In this document: positions 10,376 through 16,601 of the stretch, piece after piece | Layout: each line of letters starts with the position of its first letter | Numbering within the stretch: position 1 is the stretch's first letter | Assembly: GCA_002842465.1 (NCBI GenBank) | Contig: PHDA01000013.1 | Coordinates: forward strand, 3,375-67,374 | Direction: 5' to 3' | DNA length: 64,000 nucleotides | DNA from: Bacteroidetes bacterium HGW-Bacteroidetes-7 | Lineage (GTDB): Bacteria; Bacteroidota; Bacteroidia; Bacteroidales; UBA932 | Notes under the pieces: model-generated | Told to the model about the DNA's origin: nothing | Databases searched by the model: none | Seen by the model: only the letters and a program-made list of their open reading frames with translations | Made by a program: the position numbers and the translations under genes

Positions 10376-11164
10376 ATGAAATATTTATTATATTTATTGC
10401 TTATTAGTACTGTGCCATTTACATTTTCATGCAATAGCCATGAAATGGAAGAACCAATTAATAACACTTCAGTTATATTGATAACTAAGTCTGGAGGAAC
10501 AATCGGGAGCGTAGTTGATGGAGGTAGTGGAGGAGGAGGTCAAGGATCTGCTAGTGGAAATTTCACATATCCAACAGGTTGGTGTTTGTTTAATAGTGGT
10601 GATTTTGAGTGCAAAGTAGATTGGGTAAATGGCGTTCCCAGCGTATCTACTTTCACTCTTTTTAATATTTTTCCTTCAATGCAAGAGCTAAAGGTTGATA
10701 GCAAAAATGCATATTTCTCAATTCCGGAAGAAGAAATATCAGTAAATATTACTTACACAATTAAACCAATTAAACGTAAAGACTCTACTTTCACATTTCC
10801 TCCATATCAAGGTGTTTTTGCTTTTAAAATTAACATACCAAATGCTAGAGTTATTACTCCAGGTAGTTTAAACTATCCACCAATCCCAACAATTCACAGG
10901 TCTTATAATGTTGTGTCTCTTGATAGATATTACAACATCTCGTTTATTACTGACACTACTGATAATTCTATAATTGCATCAAATGTTAATTTAATGTCAC
11001 ATTCATTTGAAGATGAACCTTCTATTTCATATACGTACAACATTTCAGCCGATCAAGTAACTTTTGAAATAGCAGGAATTGTTATTGTACCATTTTTGTT
11101 GCCAAATGGATCGATTCGTTTAACAGACCTCATATTTGATGATTCGTTTACTGTTCAATTATAA
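10376..11164 (+). CDS. Orphan lipoprotein (262 aa), visibly more AT-rich than neighbours
   Basis: Signal peptide plus lipobox (FTFSC) and a Gly-rich linker GGSGGGGQGSASG. I recognise no family. It sits alone between two terminators. Confidence 0.6.
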   Translation: MKYLLYLLLISTVPFTFSCNSHEMEEPINNTSVILITKSGGTIGSVVDGGSGGGGQGSASGNFTYPTGWCLFNSGDFECKVDWVNGVPSVSTFTLFNIFPSMQELKVDSKNAYFSIPEEEISVNITYTIKPIKRKDSTFTFPPYQGVFAFKINIPNARVITPGSLNYPPIPTIHRSYNVVSLDRYYNISFITDTTDNSIIASNVNLMSHSFEDEPSISYTYNISADQVTFEIAGIVIVPFLLPNGSIRLTDLIFDDSFTVQL

Positions 11165-11288
11165 TTCTGTTGATTTCATTCTTTATATGAACTCTAGTCA
11201 AATTTGGAAAACCTATAAAATTCTTAATATTCAAAATTAGTTTTAATTGGCGTTTGTTATACCAAACTTAAACAACAATTGAATCTTG

Positions 11289-11323
11289 GAGTGCACTCTT
11301 TATCTGAAGTGCACTCTTTTTTT
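11289..11323 (+). terminator. Rho-independent terminator, second GTGCACTC-type hairpin
   Basis: GAGTGCACT / AGTGCACTC give a 9-bp stem with a 10-nt loop, followed by T7. Confidence 0.7.
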
Positions 11324-11347
11324 ATAGTAACCATCAATAAAAATTTG

Positions 11348-11355
11348 TAATTTTG
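11348..11355 (+). promoter_or_regulatory. Candidate -7 box TAATTTTG for the TlpA-like gene
   Basis: TAnnTTTG match 23 nt upstream of the ATG at 11378, directly after a terminator. Confidence 0.4.
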
Positions 11356-11377
11356 ATAGTTAGCTTAGATAAAATTT

Positions 11378-12544
11378 ATGAAAAAGATGAATGAAAATAA
11401 TAGATTATATCAAATTACCGGGTACATGCTAATCGCTTTGGTTTTTATAACAACCAGCCTACTCTTAATAAGTTGTTCTGAAAGAGAAAAAGGGTATGTT
11501 ATAAATGGTGCAATTTCCGGAGCAGAAGATTTATCCGGTATGATGTATTTAAGGCAGCAGGAATTTGGAGGTACACCTATTGATTCAGCTTTGCTGGTAA
11601 ATGGGAAGTTCACATTTAAAGGTAAGGTAGAAGACCCTGACCAATATATTATTTATAACCCAAATCTACCAAACAGAATTTCAATTTTTATTGAAAACAC
11701 CAAATATAAAATTACAGCACCCTCTTATAACCTTAATGATGCAGTTATTGAAGGAGGGAAGTCTCAGACCCTAATAAGCCTTGCAGAAAAAAAGAGCAAA
11801 GAGGTGATTGAAAAATTGAATCTGAATTCAATTATGGCAGATTTCTCAAATTCTCAGGCTCCAAAGGAGGTGAAAGATAGTATCTTGGCCATATTTAACC
11901 TTGCAAATGCTACAATGAAGAGCTACTATGACTCATTATTAAAAGAGAATAGGGACACTTGGTTTTACCTCCATTATACAAAATTATCTGCTCAGGGAGA
12001 AAACCTGGATACCCTTAAGAAAAGGTATGCCCAACTAAAGTCCAATGAAAGATTTATTAATAGTAATCATCTTAAAGAGATAGAAGATGTGCTAAATAAA
12101 CGAGAGTCACTCCAGCCCGGAAAAATTGCTAATAATTTTACACTCAAAGATATGAGCGGTACAAATGTCTCGTTTTATGATGTAACCGCCGAATCAGATT
12201 TTACAATTCTTATTTTCTGGACTGAATGGAGTCTTGAGAGTATAAGTTTCGCAAGGGAAATTAAAGAGATTGCAGATTTAACAAAAAGTAAACAAATAAA
12301 AATTGTAGGTGTTATACTTTCAGGAGCAGAGCAAAGCGAGAGTATGAACGATATGAGAATAGAGACTATAAAGAAAGAGGGATTGAATTTTTTAAATCTA
12401 AATGATATAAGAGAGAATCCGGTAGCATCTCTTTACAATATCAGCCTTATTCCAAGAGCTTTTTTGATTGACAAAAAAAATGTCATAATTTTAAACAATT
12501 TAACAGTTAACGATTTAAAATTGTTTGTTGAGAACAAGCAATAA
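11378..12544 (+). CDS. DUF4369-like N-domain + TlpA/ResA-like thioredoxin-fold lipoprotein with CxxC replaced by SxxS
   Basis: Lipobox LLLISC. The N-domain YVINGAISG...GKFTFKGKVEDP is DUF4369-like. The C-terminal thioredoxin fold reads NFTLKDMSGTNVSFYD...ILIFWTEWSLESISFAREI...SLIPRAFLID. The position of the usual FWASWCGPC is FWTEWSLES. Confidence 0.8.
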   Translation: MKKMNENNRLYQITGYMLIALVFITTSLLLISCSEREKGYVINGAISGAEDLSGMMYLRQQEFGGTPIDSALLVNGKFTFKGKVEDPDQYIIYNPNLPNRISIFIENTKYKITAPSYNLNDAVIEGGKSQTLISLAEKKSKEVIEKLNLNSIMADFSNSQAPKEVKDSILAIFNLANATMKSYYDSLLKENRDTWFYLHYTKLSAQGENLDTLKKRYAQLKSNERFINSNHLKEIEDVLNKRESLQPGKIANNFTLKDMSGTNVSFYDVTAESDFTILIFWTEWSLESISFAREIKEIADLTKSKQIKIVGVILSGAEQSESMNDMRIETIKKEGLNFLNLNDIRENPVASLYNISLIPRAFLIDKKNVIILNNLTVNDLKLFVENKQ

Positions 12545-12567
12545 AGATTTTTGCTCTTTTATTTTGT

Positions 12568-12575
12568 TAATTTTG
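12568..12575 (+). promoter_or_regulatory. Candidate -7 box TAATTTTG upstream of first M64-like gene
   Basis: TAnnTTTG match 95 nt upstream of the ATG at 12670. It shares the same TAATTTTGAT core as the box at 11348. Confidence 0.3.
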
Positions 12576-12593
12576 ATGATTGCTTTTATGGGT

Positions 12594-12635
12594 ATTTTAC
12601 CATGTTGATTTTTTATTTTACCATGTTGATTTTTT
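12594..12635 (+). repeat. Perfect 21-bp tandem direct repeat x2 (ATTTTACCATGTTGATTTTTT)
   Basis: Read directly: 12594-12614 is identical to 12615-12635. It ends 34 nt before the ATG at 12670. Confidence 0.95.
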
Positions 12636-12669
12636 TACAATTTTGCTATTATCAGATTTTTTAAATTTT

Positions 12670-14553
12670 ATGAAAAGATTTATTTACCACATATTTATAA
12701 TAATTTTAGCAGTATTTGTTACAATTTCTTGTAAAAAAGATCCCCCTGCTATTCTTGAACTCTCATTAGATGAGGTCGCAATTGCAAATATTGATGGAAC
12801 ATCAAAAATTCAGGTAACTGCAAATGGTAAATGGACTGCAAGTATCTCTTCAACATGGTGTACTATAACTCCATCTAGTGGAGATGGCAATGGTGAGATA
12901 ACAATTACAGCTGTCAATAATTTTACCAGTTCAGACAGGATTGTGAATATGGTTGTCACTTCCAGAGAACTTAAAAAAACAGTAAGGATTAATCAATCAT
13001 ATTCCAGACTTGATGTATCTGCCATTGAGCTTCTTTTCCCAAAAGATCCAGGTTCAAAAACTGTATTTGTGGATGCAAATACAAGTTGGACAGTAGAGAT
13101 ACCTTCGTCAGTAAACTGGATAACGGTTTCGCCAATGAGTGGTACAACCAGTGGTAATGTGACTATCACCCTTGCTCAAAATGTTGGTGTTATGCGAAGT
13201 GCCGATATACTGTTTAAGTACGGAGAAGAGCAAAAATCGCTTAAGATCAATCAGGAGCGAAGTATTAACCAAGATCCGGCTGCCCCTTTACTCAAATCTC
13301 CTGTTAACAACCTCTCAGATGCAAACAGACTTCCAACATTCCGATGGGGTACTGCAAAAGATCCTGAAGGAGATTTGGTAACATATAAACTCGAATATAC
13401 CAAGAATCAATCCAGCTGGACTAACACTGTTACATTATCTGATAGTGTTTATAATCTCTCATATTACCTTGACGCAAACCAAACCTATTACTGGAGAATC
13501 TCAGCAGTGGATGCCTATGGTGGGGCAGGGGTATCAGAGGTTTATACATTTACAACCGGCACCAAAACCAGCTATCTTGACGGACAGTATAAAATAGCTC
13601 AAAATTTCAGCAAAGGAGCAAGGCCATCAGAGATTTTGTTTATTGGCGATGGTTATATCTCTGAAGACTACGAAGAGGGCGGTATCTTTGACCGGGATAT
13701 GAATAACGGGATTGAATATTTCTTTGAAATAGAGCCATATAAAAGCTACAGAGAGTATTTTACTGTTTATAAACAAGCAGGATACTCAAGAGACAGAGGT
13801 GTAAAACAGACTGATAAAAACGTACTGAAATTCACAAAATTTGGTGTTGACTTTTTAGGAGGCTCATCACTCAATGCAGATACCGATGAGGTATTCAAAT
13901 ACGCCAAAATGATTCCGGGAGTCGATGATTTCAAATTACGAGACATGCTAATTGTTCTTGTTGTAAATCAAGACAGATATGCCGGAACCTGCTGGATATG
14001 GACCGATGGCAAAGCTATTGCAATTTGCCCGGTAAGTACATCAACAGCGGCCGGACAACATTTCAGAAATCTTATATATCATGAGGCCGGTGGACATGGT
14101 TACGGCAGATTGGCAGACGAGTACACTATTACTGCAAATGCAGGAAAAACTATAAATGACGAATATAAATCAAAGTATAATACATTTAAGAACGCCGGAT
14201 TTTATCCAAATGTCGATCTGACAGGTGATGTTACAGCCGTTAAATGGAAACACTTCATTAGCGCACCCGGATATACCAGGGTTGGCACTGTCGAGGGAGG
14301 ATTTTACTTTCCGTTGGGTGTTTGGAGGCCTGAACAATCCAGTTGTATGCAGTATAATGAGGCTTACTACAACGCACCTTCAAGAGAGAAGATGGTTCAA
14401 CGAATACTTTCAATTGCACAGGAGCCATTTTCACTGGAAGCGTTCATGCTAAAAGATGTGCAGAAAGCACCATCGCAATCTGTCTTATTGCAAACAAAGA
14501 GTGTAAACCCACTCACTTTCGTACCACTTGCACCGCCTGTAATGATGAAATAG
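12670..14553 (+). CDS. Surface lipoprotein: 2x BACON-like + FN3-like + peptidase M64 (IgA-peptidase)-like metalloprotease domain, copy 1
   Basis: The ATG at 12670 gives MKRFIYHIFIIILAVFVTISC, a lipobox. The upstream TTG extension merely translates the 21-bp repeat. BACON-like units: KWTASISSTWCTITPSSGDGNGEITITA and SWTVEIPSSVNWITVSPMSGTTSGNVTITL. M64-like blocks: EILFIGDGYISEDY, VLVVNQDRYAGTCW and HEAGGHGYGRLADEY. Confidence 0.8.
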   Translation: MKRFIYHIFIIILAVFVTISCKKDPPAILELSLDEVAIANIDGTSKIQVTANGKWTASISSTWCTITPSSGDGNGEITITAVNNFTSSDRIVNMVVTSRELKKTVRINQSYSRLDVSAIELLFPKDPGSKTVFVDANTSWTVEIPSSVNWITVSPMSGTTSGNVTITLAQNVGVMRSADILFKYGEEQKSLKINQERSINQDPAAPLLKSPVNNLSDANRLPTFRWGTAKDPEGDLVTYKLEYTKNQSSWTNTVTLSDSVYNLSYYLDANQTYYWRISAVDAYGGAGVSEVYTFTTGTKTSYLDGQYKIAQNFSKGARPSEILFIGDGYISEDYEEGGIFDRDMNNGIEYFFEIEPYKSYREYFTVYKQAGYSRDRGVKQTDKNVLKFTKFGVDFLGGSSLNADTDEVFKYAKMIPGVDDFKLRDMLIVLVVNQDRYAGTCWIWTDGKAIAICPVSTSTAAGQHFRNLIYHEAGGHGYGRLADEYTITANAGKTINDEYKSKYNTFKNAGFYPNVDLTGDVTAVKWKHFISAPGYTRVGTVEGGFYFPLGVWRPEQSSCMQYNEAYYNAPSREKMVQRILSIAQEPFSLEAFMLKDVQKAPSQSVLLQTKSVNPLTFVPLAPPVMMK

Positions 14554-14577
14554 GCAGGTACGTAACATAAAAAAACG

Positions 14578-14585
14578 TATCTTTG
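14578..14585 (+). promoter_or_regulatory. Candidate -7 box TATCTTTG for second M64-like gene
   Basis: TAnnTTTG match 23 nt upstream of the ATG at 14608. Confidence 0.4.
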
Positions 14586-14607
14586 GTATGCTTAAAACTA
14601 ACCATTT

Positions 14608-16509
14608 ATGTTAAAATCAATACTTTTCAATAAAATCTATTTTTATAAAATATTTTTAATAATAACAGTTTTAATAACTTTTGGATGTCAAAAAGAACCG
14701 GAGCCCGAGTTAATTCTCTCACAGTCAAATTTAGCTGTTCTTAATACTTCAGGCACTAATAATGTTTCTTTCACTTGTAATGGAAAGTGGACAGCTGTCT
14801 CTTCTGAAACATGGATTACTGTCGCACCGGCGTTTGGTACAGGTAATGGAGAACTTACCTTAACTTTTTCTGGGAATACATCATCAAGTGAAAGAAGCGG
14901 GAATATAATTATAACATCTGGTATTCTCACAAAAACACTAAAAGTTACTCAGAGCCGTACTATTCTTGAAACAGATAATTCAACGCTCTCTTTTCCTAAG
15001 GAGAGCTCTTCTCTAAAATTAAATATTGTATCAAACACAAGCTGGCAAATTGTTGTACCACAGGGTACTGACTGGATGTCAGTTAGTCCTCTAAGTGGTT
15101 CGCAAAATATGGAGGTTAATATCACCGTTAATGCAAATGTCGGAGCACTTAGAGGTGTAGATATTGCAATTAAATATGGAGAGACAGAAAAAAATGTATC
15201 CATAAGCCAGCAGAGAGGCATTAATAACGCGCCTGAAGCACCAAAGCTAAAGTCTCCGGTTAATAACACTCAGGATGTAACAAGATTGCCTGCGTTCAGA
15301 TGGTCAACATCAAAAGATGCAGATGGTGACGCAATTACTTACACATTAGATATTTCAAAAGGTAGTGGTAATTGGACAAACTTACCACCGTTACAAGATA
15401 CTCTGCAATACCTCTCCTCTTTTCTTGATGCAAATAGTGTTTATAATTGGAGAGTCAAAGCTACCGACACTATGGGCGAATCAACATATTCGCAACCATC
15501 TACATTCACTACAGGAAATAAGATAAGCTATTTTGACGGAGAGTATAAGGTTGCTATGGAGAATACTTCAGGGGCACTGCCATCAGAGATTCTTTTTGTT
15601 GGAGATGGCTATACAGCAGAGGATTATGTTGTTGGAGGAAAGTTTGATCAAGAGGTTGAAGAGGGTATTAATTACTTGTTTAATACAGAGCCATACAAAT
15701 CATACAAACAGTATTTCAAGGTTTATAAGCAAGCAGGTTATTCGAGAGATCAGGGAGTAACACAAACAGATAAAAACATTGTAAAAAACACGAAGTTCAG
15801 TGTAACATTTGGGGGTGGCTCATCAATGAACTCCAACAGCGATGCTGTTTTTGCAAGTGCAAAGCTTATTCCGGGAGTTGATGATATAAAATTGCGCGAT
15901 TTACTGATTGTTTTACTGGTAAATGAAAACAGGTATGCCGGCACTTGCTGGACATGGTCAGATGGAAAGACCATTGCCATAACTCCAATTAGCAGAAATT
16001 CAAACCCAAGTTACCATTACAAAGGGGTGTTGCTGCATGAAGCAGGAGGACACGGATTCGGCAGATTAGCAGATGAGTATATAAGTTCGGCAAATGCCGG
16101 GAAGACCATAACTGCTGAAGATATTCAAAGCCTTAAAGCTCGGTTTAGCAAAAATCATTCAGCTAACGTTGATCTAACCTCTGATACTACTCTGGTAAGA
16201 TGGAAGCACTTTCTTAGAAGAGCCGGATACGATAGGGTAGGTACGTACGAAGGTGGTTACTACTATACTTATGGAGTATGGAGGCCTGAGCTTACAAGCT
16301 GTATGATCAATAACATTGCTTACTTTAACGCAGCTTCAAGAGAGGCAATTGTTAAAAGAGTGTTGGCCAAGGCAGGTGAACAGTATTTGCTGGATAACTT
16401 CCTGGCGAAAGATGTCATTAAAGAGCCATCGCAGGCAGCAGTTCTTCAAACCAAGAGTTTCAACCCACTTACCTTCGTCCCATTGGCACCACCGGTGTAC
16501 GTGAAATAG
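14608..16509 (+). CDS. Surface lipoprotein: 2x BACON-like + FN3-like + peptidase M64-like domain, copy 2 (tandem paralog)
   Basis: Lipobox ITFGC. Same architecture as copy 1 and collinear with it, roughly 60 percent identical by eye in the catalytic half. Shared blocks: EILFVGDGYTAEDY, LLVNENRYAGTCW, HEAGGHGFGRLADEY, and the shared C-terminus NPLTFVPLAPPV. Confidence 0.8.
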   Translation: MLKSILFNKIYFYKIFLIITVLITFGCQKEPEPELILSQSNLAVLNTSGTNNVSFTCNGKWTAVSSETWITVAPAFGTGNGELTLTFSGNTSSSERSGNIIITSGILTKTLKVTQSRTILETDNSTLSFPKESSSLKLNIVSNTSWQIVVPQGTDWMSVSPLSGSQNMEVNITVNANVGALRGVDIAIKYGETEKNVSISQQRGINNAPEAPKLKSPVNNTQDVTRLPAFRWSTSKDADGDAITYTLDISKGSGNWTNLPPLQDTLQYLSSFLDANSVYNWRVKATDTMGESTYSQPSTFTTGNKISYFDGEYKVAMENTSGALPSEILFVGDGYTAEDYVVGGKFDQEVEEGINYLFNTEPYKSYKQYFKVYKQAGYSRDQGVTQTDKNIVKNTKFSVTFGGGSSMNSNSDAVFASAKLIPGVDDIKLRDLLIVLLVNENRYAGTCWTWSDGKTIAITPISRNSNPSYHYKGVLLHEAGGHGFGRLADEYISSANAGKTITAEDIQSLKARFSKNHSANVDLTSDTTLVRWKHFLRRAGYDRVGTYEGGYYYTYGVWRPELTSCMINNIAYFNAASREAIVKRVLAKAGEQYLLDNFLAKDVIKEPSQAAVLQTKSFNPLTFVPLAPPVYVK

Positions 16510-16537
16510 AGAATATCAAAACAACATAAAATTCATT

Positions 16538-16569
16538 AAAAAAGCCTGCTTATAGAAGCAGGCTTTTTT
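16538..16569. terminator. Bidirectional terminator between convergent M64-like gene and rpoC
   Basis: AAAAAGCCTGCTT-ata-gAAGCAGGCTTTTTT. The stem is flanked by an A-run and a T-run, so it can terminate transcription from both directions. Confidence 0.75.
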
Positions 16570-16601
16570 AAATTATATCAGTTAACAAAACCGAATTGAG
16601 A

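Noticed and set aside
10207-11377. Calling the IR-flanked orphan lipoprotein segment a mobile element.
   Set aside because: There is no transposase, integrase or invertase in the window, and no target-site duplication beyond the shared terminator sequence. It is reported as a finding, not annotated as a mobile element.
12580-12669. TTG-initiated N-terminal extension of the first M64-like ORF (MLLWVFYHVDFLFYHVDFF...).
   Set aside because: The sequence is simply the 21-bp promoter-region tandem repeat read in frame. The ATG at 12670 gives a proper signal peptide and lipobox.
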